DNA of 63,767 nt, the filler included, from Octopus bimaculoides (Eukaryota): NCBI RefSeq assembly GCF_001194135.2. It is 7 parts of 6 records of this genome, joined end to end, with 100 filler letters (N's around TTAATTAATTAA, not from the genome) between each part and the next. Parts side by side here need not be neighbours in the genome. Positions count along the whole stretch, not along the records: positions 44,312 to 61,175 come from NC_069000.1; 6 more parts are not named here. One strand, given 5' to 3'. This document shows positions 48,939 to 60,703 of the stretch, one piece after another; within the stretch, counting starts at the first letter, position 1; each line of letters opens with the position of its first letter. The position numbers were made by a program, and so were the translations under genes. The notes under the pieces are model-generated. The model had not been told where the DNA came from and made no database searches. It saw nothing but the letters and a program-made list of their open reading frames with translations.

Positions 48939-48941
<3 letters not shown>
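48843..48941. repeat. Perfect 39-bp inverted repeat with 21-nt spacer
   Basis: ataaagtgtagtatattgccacttaagtgtggctgaccc / gggtcagccacacttaagtggcaatatactacactttat. Confidence 0.95.
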
Positions 48942-48970
<29 letters not shown>

Positions 48971-49655
48971 ATCATCATCATCATCATCTTCATCGTAATC
49001 ATTATCATTTAACATCCATTTTCTATGTTGGCATGGGTTGCTCCGTTTTCACAGATGATTGTTGNNNNNNNNNNNNNNNNNNNNNNNNNNNNNNNNNNNN
49101 NNNNNNNNNNNNNNNNNNNNNNNNNNNNNNNNNNNNNNNNNNNNNNNNNNNNNNNNNNNNNNNNNNNNNNNNNNNNNNNNNNNNNNNNNNNNNNNNNNNN
49201 NNNNNNNNNNNNNNNNNNNNNNNNNNNNNNNNNNNNNNNNNNNNNNNNNNNNNNNNNNNNNNNNNNNNNNNNNNNNNNNNNNNNNNNNNNNNNNNNNNNN
49301 NNNNNNNNNNNNNNNNNNNNNNNNNNNNNNNNNNNNNNNNNNNNNNNNNNNNNNNNNNNNNNNNNNNNNNNNNNNNNNNNNNNNNNNNNNNNNNNNNNNN
49401 NNNNNNNNNNNNNNNNNNNNNNNNNNNNNNNNNNNNNNNNNNNNNNNNNNNNNNNNNNNNNNNNNNNNNNNNNNNNNNNNNNNNNNNNNNNNNNNNNNNN
49501 NNNNNNNNNNNNNNNNNNNNNNNNNNNNNNNNNNNNNNNNNNNNNNNNNNNNNNNNNNNNNNNNNNNNNNNNNNNNNNNNNNNNNNNNNNNNNNNNNNNN
49601 NNNNNAGGTAGACTCAGGAAAACGTGGAATAAGGTGGTGAATTAGTCAAAGAAAA

Positions 49656-49693
<38 letters not shown>

Positions 49694-49698
49694 CATAC

Positions 49699-49845
49699 GA
49701 CGGGCTTCTTTCAGTTTCCGTCTACCAAATCCACTCACAAGGCTTTGGTCAGCCCGAGACTATAGTAGAAGACACGCAGTGGGACTGAACCTGGAACCAT
49801 GTGGTTGGTAAGCAAGCTACTTACCACACAGCCACTCCTACGCCT
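49699..49845 (-). mobile_element. SINE family B
   Basis: cgacgggcttctttcagtttccgtctaccaaatccactcacaagg...accacacagccactcc. Confidence 0.8.
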
Positions 49846-49849
49846 GCAC

Positions 49850-50105
49850 ATGTTGCCACTTTTCCATGGTCATAGGACATTCTGTAGATGTACAACACTG
49901 GATTATAGTGATAAATGCTTGTACAATATGAGTACCATTCTCTGAATCTGTCTGATTAGAACCTATTGATAGGCCAAAGCAAGATGACCAGTAATCAAAG
50001 TCTTCCTCTCTTAAAGGATGCTGGGACAACAGCTTGAAGTCCCTCACTTTCAGTGGTTTTGCTGTGTGTCCTGAACAAGAGTATTTCTGTGTTTCTGCAC
50101 TCAGA
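49850..50105 (-). pseudogene. Probable RTE-type endonuclease remnant
   Basis: YSCSGH...WPINR...FITIIQCCTST resembles the RTE EN pattern YSGH...WxPxxxR...IIQCYAPT. Confidence 0.4.
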
Positions 50106-50181
50106 TGAATATATATATTTATGCATCCATTCACACACACACATACATACATGTGTGTGCGTGTGTGTGTATGTGAGTGTG

Positions 50182-50214
<33 letters not shown>

Positions 50215-50610
50215 TAATGTGAAATAAACAGAGATTAGTAGCTGGAGCCTAATGTGTAGCCATGGCAACTATGTGCTGATTATCTGTTGCTCTAACTGCT
50301 GGTTTAATTACTATAGCAATCAGTCTGTTGACATGGTTACTAGTCTAATGCATTACTATAGGAACCAGTCTGTTAATCACACTGTAACTATAGCTACTGT
50401 GTTTTCTCCTTGCTCTACTTGGATATTCCATTACCACACCGACATACAACACCTGCATTACTACTGGACTTATATTATTCATAATACACCAGAATATCTG
50501 CAGCATTATAAGCTCACAATGCCAAAACTTCAAACCCTTTCTTTATATGCCCTACCAACATTCTCATTTATCTCCCTTAACTTGTTCTTCTTGCTGCAAA
50601 CCACTACTTT

Positions 50611-50654
<44 letters not shown>

Positions 50655-50843
50655 CACTTAGCATTCCTTTCCTTTTTCCCTTTTCTTCCATCTCCCTGTC
50701 CTTTTGTTTTTGCTTTTTTTTGACAAATGATGACCATTCAACGCAGTGAATTCTTTTTTAGTTCTCTACTCAGTAATGTTATTGACTGTGTTCTGTCGTG
50801 TTCTATTTATTTTTTTTTTTTTGTTGGGGATTTTGTTCTTCTC

Positions 50844-52102
50844 TTAACCCTTTAGCATTTAAACCAACCACATCCAGCCCAAATATCCTACCTGTTTCAT
50901 GTTCAAAATGGCCAGATATGGCTTCTCACACCTGCTCTACAATGTCATTCTAAAAATATACAATCACATCATCAAAATCTCAAAGCTACAAGATTAATGC
51001 ATAATTAATTTGTAATAGAACAACTGTGCGAACCAAAGGAGAATGGCAACGTGTGGGAAACAGGCTCCTTTTAACGCGTCGCACGGTGGAACACAAAAAG
51101 ATGTAATATGACATATGAAGGCTCACAATGTGAGATGCGAGCAAGTGCCAGCAATGGAAAGAGAGAGTGACAGACAACCGTTAGATATGTATAAAGAGTA
51201 AGTTTATTAACATAGTGAACTGTGTGTCTGTGTGGCAATAATAATAACACAGCAATAATAATAACACAATACATATGACGGACCGTCGTGTGAACAAGAG
51301 TGTTTAACATAATATATGTGTGTGTGAGAGTGAGAAATACAGAGCATTGAATAAGAGTCTGTAACAGTGACGATAAGCGTCGGAACACATAGATAGAGAA
51401 ATACCAGTTCATAGAAGAGTTTCACAGTAGGTAGAATGTTCGTATGCAAGAAGTTGTGTACGAATAGCAGAGCTGTGGTGTCACATGTTGTGTGTGAAGT
51501 TGAGCGTCGATGCTTCGACCAGTTACTTGGTACAGAAGATTCTCGCAGGTTGTTCTGGCTGTTAACTTCGTGGTGGAAACAATCCACTCAAACAGTGTTG
51601 AAATGAAACCGCGGTTGTTGTTGTTGGTGTGTACTCTGGTGGTGATGTTGGCGCTGGCAACTACATTGTGGTAGACAGTAGATTGGTGGTGATAACGTCG
51701 TCGCTGGAAACTGACTGGAGCTGTGTTCTCTGTGTGGTCTGCGACTAGACCTGTGAGAGGTCTAAAGCTAAGACAAACTGGCATGGATGAAGCAGGCTTA
51801 TTTATAGATAAACAAGGGCTCCAGAAAACAGGCAGAAAACACTCTCTCACATGACCTTATTAGAAGGCCATGATTGGACGGTATGCACCCTGGTGTGTAA
51901 CAAAACTGGAGACAAATGCCACGCAAATAAGAGCCAATCAGGGTGGTGGACACAAGGGTCCAAGCGGCTGAAAGCTAGATGTTAGCCACTACGTTATCAT
52001 TTGTAAATAAATACCCAAGAGAAAGGTTTCACTACAAATTCAAAACAATGTGAATCAATAAACATCACGTTTGACAGAGTAATCTCAATGCTAAAGAGTT
52101 AA
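50844..52102. mobile_element. piggyBac-like MITE (TTAA-CCCTTTAGCATT ends), interrupted by a solo LTR
   Basis: ttaaccctttagcatt ... aatgctaaagagttaa. The ~230-bp body is homologous, in inverted orientation, to the adjacent copy. Confidence 0.8.
51011..52036 (-). mobile_element. Solo LTR (1026 bp), Gypsy-like
   Basis: TGTA...TACA termini with 4-bp TSD AATT (51007-51010 / 52037-52040). On the minus strand, CCAAT-like boxes, CTATAAATAAG near 51810 and AATAAA at 51203-51208 occur in LTR order. Confidence 0.8.
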
Positions 52103-52317
52103 TCCTTTAGCATTCAGATTATTCTGTCAAATGTAACGCTTACTCATTCACATTGTTTTGAATTAATCATGCATTATCTTATGGCTTCAAGATTTTGTTA
52201 TGATTGTTTATTTTTATAATGATACAGTAAGGTAGGTGAGAGAGCCTAGATATCGTCAGTTTGAACACAAAACAGATATTTGGGCTGGATATGGCCAGTT
52301 TCAATGCAAAAGGTCAA
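52099..52317. mobile_element. Second piggyBac-like MITE copy, inverted, sharing the TTAA at 52099-52102
   Basis: ttaatcctttagcattcagattattctgtcaaa...atatttgggctggatatggccagtttcaatgcaaaaggtcaa. Confidence 0.7.
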
Positions 52318-52399
52318 CTCAGATATTCCATTACCATGCTGACACAGGCTACCTGGATAACCATTGAATTTATATTATTAGAATTACCATAGCCACCAA

Positions 52400-53159
52400 T
52401 CTGCTTGTTAGTTTATATGATTATAGTTTAGCAAGGATGATTGCTATACGAATATGAAGTTCTGAGGTCACCAGTGTGGTGGTTTGTTGATACCACTACC
52501 TTAACGTAGTCTATTGGTTATTAGTTTAACAAAAGTTGTTCTCACATTGGGTTGACTCCATGGTTGTTGGTTGAAGATGACGATGTAGTTGTTGATAGTA
52601 GTATGTGGCAGACAGACGTCACCAACTGTGTGTTAGTTAGCTGTTAGATGATATACAATGACGACTCGCTCTTGTTCAGTAGTAAAACGTTATTCACAGC
52701 AGTGTAGGTTAAGTACAATGTTAATGTTTTATAGAGATGTCTGTAGTGTGGTCGCAGTGAATGAATGAATGTGTGAAGACATAGTTGTATTTTGTGTATA
52801 TAGAAAGAGATTTGATAGAAGTGTTTCTAGAAAGCATGAGATAACGGCATTGAGTTTGGTCTATACTGCTGGCACACATGGAAGAAGGGTTGATCTTGTG
52901 TGAGAGAGGCCAGCGTTAACATGATAGAGCAAAACTGCATGCTGGGAGTCCTTTAGAGAAGCACAACAAGAAACTCAAGGAACTCAATTAAACATGGTGG
53001 CAAGCATATTATATAAGTGACAATTGGACGTAGCAGAGAGCACCTGTTAGAAGGAGCCTGTTTATTCAGCCAACCACAGACTGAATAAAGCCGTAAACTT
53101 ACAGTGTTGTTTGAGCCTACCTGAGATTAGAATGTGTATTTTAAACCAAAGCTAGTACA
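52400..53159 (+). mobile_element. Possible second LTR-like segment
   Basis: Composition resembles the solo LTR; TATATAAG near 52.99 kb, AATAAA near 53.09 kb, ends TAGTACA. No TSD found. Confidence 0.3.
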
Positions 53160-53174
53160 GTATTTTGTTTGCCA

Positions 53175-53770
53175 TTACATTCTGAGTTCAAATTCCATCG
53201 AGGTCAACTTTGCCTTTCAAACTTTCGGGGTCAATAAATTAAGTACGAGTTGAGTACTGGAGGTTGATGTGATTAACTATCCCCCTCCCCACAAAATCCA
53301 GGCCCAAAGGACGATTATGGTAATGTATAGCAACCAGTCTGTTGTATGGTTGTGTGGTTAAAAAGTTACTTCACAACCACATAGTTTGGGGTTCAATCAC
53401 ATTATATGGATCCATGGACAAGAATTTTCTCCTAATGCCCCAAGCTGTCTGATACCTTTCGAGTAAAATTTCACTCAAACTGTGCAGAATCCTATCATAT
53501 AATCATCATCATCAACATTTAATATCTGTTTTCCATGTTGGTATGGTTTGGACAGCTTGACAGGAACTGGCAAAGTCAGGGGGCCACACCAGGTACCACA
53601 GTCTGTTTTGACTAGGTTTCTATGACTGGATGCCATTCCTAATGCCAATCACTTTACAGAGTGTACTGGGTGCTTTTTACATGGCACTATCACTAGTGCT
53701 TTTTAAGTGGTACCATTACCAGTACTTTCTACATAGCACCAGCACCCATATCAATGCTTTTTACGTGGCA
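53175..53770. mobile_element. Decayed SINE A (+, 53175-53305), SINE B-like (+, ~53345-53460) and family C (-, 53505-53770)
   Basis: Similarity to family cores seen elsewhere in the window. Confidence 0.65.
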
Positions 53771-54639
53771 CCTTGTTTTTAGCAATGTGCCACATATCCT
53801 GGTCCTCTAGTGTGTGAGTATTTGTGCTTGCACGTCTTGACATTGGTACTGCCTAGGCAGTAGTGACATTTGTTTAGGTCTCCTGTAAGCAATATACTCC
53901 ATAGCTTAGCTGTTTGATGTGTAGACACCAGTTGAATAAAAATTATCTAGCTTGAGATGCAAGTATGGTTTGGCAACAGAAAGGGCATCTAGTTATAGAA
54001 TACCATGTCCAATAAGTCTACCATATGCTAGCAAAAAAACAAAAAACAAACATAAAAACAATGAAATGATGATGGTTCTTTCATCACAACTTTAGCAAAT
54101 GCAGTGAAGTCTATTTCACTTGGGAAGCCTAATAAGGCTGAAACATGTCTGTAATTAGCTATCACATTAGCCAGATCAATTAAAACAATATTAACCCAGA
54201 ACTGATATTATCTTTTCCTCATTACATAATTATTTCTAATTAGCTTTTTAGTGTTCACTTCATTAAATATGAACTTAACAATTCTTTTTCATGTAGATGG
54301 TGTCTCTGAATAATTTCTTTAGTGTATCTGTTGTCTAAAACAGTCTCTTGATTAATCTGATCATTAGAATATTACTGTTGAATCAAGTATATCAATTAGT
54401 CTCTTACTTGAGGAGCCATCAGTCTGTTTCCACTGACTCCTTAGCCACCAAACAGTTTCTATAGTCAATTATTATAACTGGTTGGCTGTTGTAGGTGTGA
54501 AATTAACTCTTTTAATACCAAACTATCTGAGACTGCTTTAAGTGATGTAAATTAAAACCTTCTATTAAAATTTTATATTAATTCATGTTCCAAACACCAG
54601 CTAAATAACAGAAAATTCTTCATTATTTTCAAACAGTAG

Positions 54640-55872
54640 AATTATTTTCAAACATAGCCGAATCACTTCCAGAACTAGAGAAGAAATTTGAGGTGTGGAA
54701 GCAAGGTCTAGAATCAAAAGTTAGAGTTAATCTAGCAAAATCCAAAGTCTTAGTAAGTAGGAAAGCAGACAATTCACAAATCCCTTCAGGTATATGGTCC
54801 TACTCAATCAGTAGAAAAGGTGGCAATAGAAACTCTACAAGATGTACCAGGTGTAAGCTATGGACACGCAAGAGGTGCAGCAATATCAGGGAAAAGTTAA
54901 CAGGGAAAATAGTTTTTGTGTATGGAAGGTGCACACATACAATAAACACTAAAAATGTACAGAAAATAGACTCCATTCAATGCCAGTGAGGAAAGTTAGA
55001 AGTAGTTGATAGCTTCCGTTATCTAGGTGAACAATTAAGTTGTGGAGGTGGATGCTCCGAGAGCGTAACTGCTAGAATAAGAATAGGTTGGGTAAAGTTT
55101 AGAGCTCTGACCTCTGTTGGTAACAAAGTGCCTCTCCCTCAGAGTGAAAGGCAGACTGTATGATGCCTGTGTGCAAACAGCCATGCTAAGGACATGCATA
55201 GGCTTGAAGGAAATGAAGCTAGTATGCTTTGCTGGATGTGCAATGTCAGTGTGCCTTTACAACAGAGTGTAAGTGTCTTGAGAGAAAAGTTGGACTTAAG
55301 AGGCATTTGATGTGGGATGCAAGAGAAATGACTGCACTGGCATGGGCATGTGATGCACATAGATGAGGAAAGCTGTGTGAAGAAATACTAATCTCTAACT
55401 GTGGTGGGAAACTATGGAAGAGTTAGACCCAGGAAGACATGGGACAAGGTGGTGAAGCATGATCTTCGAACGTTGGGTCTCATGGAGGCAAAGACAAGCC
55501 AAGTGAAACTGTAGTCATGGCTGACGCCAGTGTCATGTAACAGGCACCCGTGCTGGTGGCACATAAAAAGCACACTTTGAATGTGGGGCCTCAGGGAGGC
55601 TACAATAAGTAACTGAGACCTTTGGTGACCTTTCATGCTGTGCTTGAAAAGACTCGTCCAGCCAAGGGAAAGTGTAGTTGTGGCCAATGTTGGTGGCACC
55701 TAAAAAGTACCCATTACACTCTTGGAGTGGTTGGTGTTAGGAAGGGCATCCAGCTGTAGAAACCATGCCAAATCAGATTGGAACCTGGTGCAGCTCTCCA
55801 GCTTATCAGTTTTAAACTGTCTAACCCATCCAGCATGGGAAGTAGATGCCAACTGAAGAGGATAATGATGAT
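54640..55872 (+). mobile_element. 5'-truncated RTE-clade LINE with a Cys-rich insert in RT and a family C 3' end
   Basis: IAESLPELEKKFEVWKQGLESK...RVNLAKSKVLV...RCTRCKLWTRKRC...EVVDSFRYLG...GGGCSESVTARIRIGWVKF. Ends ccatccagcatgggaagtagatgcc...(gat)n. Confidence 0.85.
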
Positions 55873-56269
55873 GATATGATGATATAGATATACATGTATA
55901 TATGACAGGCTTCTTTCAGTTTCTTTCTACCAGATCTACTCACAAGATGTCACACAGTGGGACTGAACCCAGAAATATGTTGTTGGAAAGCAAGTTTTTT
56001 TATCACACAACCACGCCTGTGCCTATCAGTAACAATTCATCAGAATTTTGCTATTCTCTTCTTCCTAAACTGCCATTGATAGTAATGGAAGCAGAAGACA
56101 ACATTTTAAAATGTAAACAAGTATGTACCTAGACACAACTCAGTTACATAAGATACATGATTAACAGTTATATAATACATAACATACCAGTTTAAATAAC
56201 CATACCATAACTTGGTTCAAGTTATTCCAGTAGCATTTCTGATGTTGAAGTACTGGAATATTTTGACCA

Positions 56270-56418
56270 ATATTTTCCACACCTAAGGTGGCAAGCTGTC
56301 AGAGTCATTAGCACACCAAACCACCAAGTTACAGGGTTGTAAACACAACACCACCAGTTGTCAAGCAGTGGCGGGGGGACAAACACAGACACAAAGATAT
56401 GCACACAGGTACATATAT

Positions 56419-56470
<52 letters not shown>

Positions 56471-56565
56471 AGGACGGGCTTCTTTCAGTTCCTACCTACC
56501 AAATCTACTCACAAGGCTTTTGTCAGCCCAAGGCTATAGTAGAAGACACTTGCCTAAGGTTTTGG
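56270..56565 (-). mobile_element. SINE B/E composite fragment with internal (TG)n; a further B fragment at 55905-56022
   Basis: gttgtcaagcagtggcggggggacaaacacagacac...(tg)n...gacgggcttctttcagtt...caaggctatagtagaagacacttgcc. Confidence 0.7.
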
Positions 56566-56595
56566 CAACTTAGCCATTAGTTTCTTCTTTTAGAC

Positions 56596-56890
56596 CAGTG
56601 GTTCTCAACCAGGGCCCATGGGGGTGCCACAAAAACAAAATAATAAATTGAGTACCTGCAATAATATTTCAAGGATCTATGAAAAAATTTTGCTTTTGGT
56701 GTGTTTATTGCAAGAAACATTTTACATAGTTTAACCTACACAAGTTAATGTGTAAATAACAAAATAGGAATTTTGATATTGAAAGAAGTTTCTATAAAAC
56801 TAGTTTTTAAACATCGAACAGTTATGGGATCAACCATAATTAAATAGTAAACAAAGGATTCCATAGATAAAAAATGGTTGAAGATGACTA
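56596..56890. mobile_element. hAT (Charlie-like) MITE
   Basis: cagtggttctcaacc ... ggttgaagatgacta; 8-bp flanks ttttagac / ctatagac. Confidence 0.65.
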
Positions 56891-57027
56891 CTATAGACAC
56901 TAGTCTGTTCCTTTTAATGTATTCAAAACTGCAGTAAGCATCAGATGTTTCATTAATGTTAGATGCTGCCTTCCCTGTGGGACAACTGGTATTTCAATTT
57001 CATGTTTCAATGTTGTTTTTAATATAA

Positions 57028-57064
<37 letters not shown>

Positions 57065-57637
57065 CATGCATGTGCACATATGTGTAGACAGATAGAAAAA
57101 CAGACAGACTTGTAAGCAAGTAAATGTACATGACCCCCCTCCCCCCTAGTAATTCAATTTTAGTTCATTGGGAGATAATCAGTGAGAGTGCACAATAACT
57201 CAACATGTAATTGGTGTTATGAAATTATGTCTCTGTGAATTAAACAAGAAGACTGATGGACCTCAATATACTACATAAAGGAAATATTGAATATTTACCA
57301 CATGCTTGAAATATATACTCATTTAGCCACACAGTACAGAGCAGTTTTTGTCATCAGGAATGGTTGGCATATAAATTTACCATGAACAAGCAAAAGAATG
57401 AAGCAATCACTTTATATATCAATGAGAAATAATTTAGAAAAAAAAATATACCTTCTGTATATTATGCTGATACATAAGTTGTGATTTTTAAATACATGCC
57501 AGGAGCTATGAAGTAGAGGGATGTATATTAATCTGGTCAATGCTATTTTAGTACATCTAAGCAATATGCATAATTATTTAAAGTTACCCAGTTATCAGTG
57601 CTATAACTTTATGTAAAGTAAACAAATGGGAAGGAAG

Positions 57638-57980
57638 AGGAGGAGACTCCCTTCGGTCATGAATGACCATGGGATTGCACCTAGAAAGTTACCCTCCGAA
57701 GCACAAGTCCGGGCAAGGTTGTTTGTGGAAGGCCAGCAATCGCCCATGCATACCAGCCTCTCCCTTCTCCATGCCACTGATGTTATCCAAGGGAAAGGCA
57801 AAGGCCAATACAGCTTGGCACCAGTGATGTCGCAACTCATTTCTACAGCTGTGTTAACTGGAGCAACGTGAAATAAAGTGTCTTGCTCAAGAACACAACA
57901 CGCAGCCCGGTCCAGGAATCAAACTCACAACATCATGATCGTAAGCTCAACGCTCTAACCACTGAGCCATGCGCCTTCAC
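57638..57980 (-). mobile_element. Full-length tRNA-headed SINE family D with 14-bp TSD
   Basis: Minus: GGCTCAGTGGTTAGAGCG...GAGTTTGATTCC (A/B boxes), CORE-like gtgttcttgagcaagacact. TSD aaatgggaaggaag at 57624-57637 and 57981-57994. Confidence 0.85.
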
Positions 57981-58697
57981 AAATGGGAAGGAAGGTCCTC
58001 AAATATATCACAAAGAAATATGGTAAGTTTAAAACAAGTTATTTCACATACATTCACATGTGCATACAAACATGCAGACTCACACTCACATGTTGATTCT
58101 GTTTTGGGGTAGAAAAATATATAATATTCAAGCAAACCTTGTGTAAGAAGTATGTAGAGGCTGTTATATGTTTGTTATATGTTAGATGTAAACAGATATT
58201 TCCAAACCAGGGTGTTTTGTTTAATTGGTCTTTTTGGGAATGAGAAGAAATGACTATTAATGATACAGTTTGTATTCAGATCATTTCTTTTTCTTCACAA
58301 TCAATTGTTATTAACCATGCACCAAGAGAATGTTTTAGAACTGAAGTGAAACATTTTGGTGTAGGGGAATGTCAGAGGGTCTAACTAAGTTCATTTCTTT
58401 CATTTTAGTTAAGGTAGCAAATAGAATGAAGGTTTTCTCTAAGACAAAGATCACAGAGCTCTGACTTCTATGAAAACTCTGCTATCTTATCTTATGTTAC
58501 CCTTGTAGTGTTGGAAGACTGTCCTGCACTCTTTGATCTCCAAATATATTTTGAAATATGACTCTATGAAACAACAAATAAAAAATTAATTTATCTTCTA
58601 ATTTTTCTAAATAGAAATCAATAGAAAAGAATAGGAAATTGTTGCTCTGGTTATTCATTTTATTTGCACAAATGCATGCACACATGTACGTGCACAA

Positions 58698-58729
<32 letters not shown>

Positions 58730-59044
58730 ACGTTGTGCAAATGAACTGTTAGAAAACACGGAAATATGCAAGGAGATATTCCAGGGAGACTCATTCTCTC
58801 TATTTCCATTCCTGTTTGTCATTGGGTTAATCCTCCTGACAAATATACACAGATTTATTTTCTCTAAGATGAAAATAAAACACCTGCTTTATATGGGTGA
58901 AAACTCAAATTATATGCAAAATGTGAAAAAGACCTGAATTCTCTAATTCTAACGGTAAGAGTATTCAACAATGATATTGGAATGCAGTTTGCGATAAACA
59001 AGTATGCAGTGTTAATTAAGAGAAATAAACTCTGACGGTATAAA

Positions 59045-59405
59045 AATACCACAAGATGATATCATTAGATTCCTGTGGAATAATAAGGGATACAAGTACC
59101 TAGGGATACTGCAAGGATAATAGAAGTGACTGAGAAAATCTCCAAAGAGTACAAGAGAAAAATTAAAAAGGTGCTCCAAACAAAATTGAACAGGGGGAAT
59201 ATTATCAAATCAATGACTATATGAGCCATACCAGTATTAAGATACTCTGCTCCTTTTTTAAAGAGGGCAGAACTACAGAACTTAGGTAGAAGAATGATGA
59301 GGCTACACAACATGCACCACCCTACGTGTAATACAAACAGGCCCTACCTACCAAGAAAGGAGGGGTGCAGAAGATTGCTAGATGCAGAAGATACCATTAG
59401 CACTG
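59045..59405 (+). pseudogene. R4/Dong-like (RLE-type) non-LTR RT remnant
   Basis: GYKYLGILQ...KEYKRKLKKVLQTKLNRGNIIKS...AIPVLRYSA...MHHPTCNTNRPYLPRKEGCRRL resembles YKYLG...LNxGN...RYS...HP...RLYLPRKEGGRGL. Confidence 0.7.
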
Positions 59406-59430
59406 TTACACTGGAGTTGAAAAACTATCT

Positions 59431-59930
59431 TGTACAAGATGCATTCCAGAAATTTTCAGACTTTTTCAGGAGAGATATTTATTAACTTCAAAGCAGAAAA
59501 CTCTAATCTCCTTCAAAGTAGGATGCTCTGACTTCCATGCATTCGTAGCACACCAGCCACTTCATGAAGGTTTCATGGAAGTCCTCTAAACTGAAGGTGT
59601 CTAAGACCCTTGTCACAGCTTTCTTCAGTTTGTGGAACAACCAAAACTCACAAAGACTGTAGTGGGGAGAGAGGGAGAGACAGTTTTGATGCGCATCTCT
59701 GTCAAGTACTCGGTTACCAAGATGGTACTATGGACTGGTGAATTGTTCTGACATAGGTGCTCTGGCCTTTCGCAATGAAATCTCTTCCTGAACTTCCTCA
59801 AAACCTCAACAAAGTGCTCTTTGTTGACTGTCTGGCCTGTGGAAACCCAGTGGGTTAGATGATGCCCTTACTGTTGAAAAAGGGGATCATCATCAGCTTC
59901 CCATTGGACTTACTTTACCTGACCTCTTGT
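59431..59930 (-). mobile_element. Mariner transposon 3' half remnant
   Basis: Minus: KLMMIPFFNSKGII...VNKEHFVEVLRKFRKRF...NSPVHSTILVTEYLTEMRIKTV. TIR-like end tacaagatgcattccagaaattttcagactttt. Confidence 0.65.
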
Positions 59931-60171
59931 ACCAATGAAAAATAGGTGTTTTGTTTATACAATTTAATCCATAAGCAGTCTGGAGTATTTCATAAATTTC
60001 TGTAGCATTTTTTTGCCCAATTTAACACAGAAATTTATCACATAGCAAAGAATTAAAAAATAAAAAATAAAATATAAAAATATATTATGATATAATTTTT
60101 TTGATTCTTTGTAAGTCACTTTATTGCTTATATAAGTAGAGTTCTACATTATAACCCAGTTTCTTGTGTAG

Positions 60172-60289
60172 ACGAGTAGCAAACTACAACTACCTGACAA
60201 GACACATCTGCACCTATGATGCACCACAACTGCTTGTACAGCATCTCATCTGTGAGGCACCAGTACACGATGGCCAGAAAATATCATAG
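60172..60289 (+). CDS. Candidate terminal coding exon, unknown product
   Basis: tttcttgtgtAG acceptor, then RVANYNYLTRHICTYDAPQLLVQHLICEAPVHDGQKIS-stop, with AATAAA at 60295-60300. A non-repetitive GC-richer island in AT-rich DNA; no homology recognised. Confidence 0.25.
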
Positions 60290-60576
60290 TGAATAATAAA
60301 GATTCTTGTGAATTCTATTTTCTTTCTCTCCTATTTCATAAACTCTACGGATACGAAGGAATTCTTGAAGTAAATCCAGTGGCATGTAGTTCCATGCTTT
60401 TGATGACATCAGGTAGCCGAATACAGTGAATAAGCTTTAAATGGCACACTACAAGGTGTACACACAAATTTTAAATTATTAATTATTACACACACACACA
60501 CAAGTAAGCATGTATAAATACATACTTCCCTACATTTATATATATATATATATACATGTATATATATACATGTATA

Positions 60577-60619
<43 letters not shown>

Positions 60620-60703
60620 CTGTTGAGATATAATAATACAGGACTCATTACAGATGCAGTGTGTGTATATATACACACAAACACACATGAGTGTATGTGA
60701 TTT

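Noticed and set aside
48720-49689. Identical ~75-bp block at 48720 and 49607 on either side of a gap
   Set aside because: Most likely a contig overlap or haplotype artefact; cannot be separated from a true duplication without reads.
49838-50152. 104-aa minus ORF as a host exon
   Set aside because: Motifs (SGH, IIQC) fit a decayed RTE endonuclease, and the ORF start is in a microsatellite.
57900-57980. tRNA gene
   Set aside because: A/B boxes belong to a SINE head with TSDs and body; no complete cloverleaf. The same applies to the other SINE heads.
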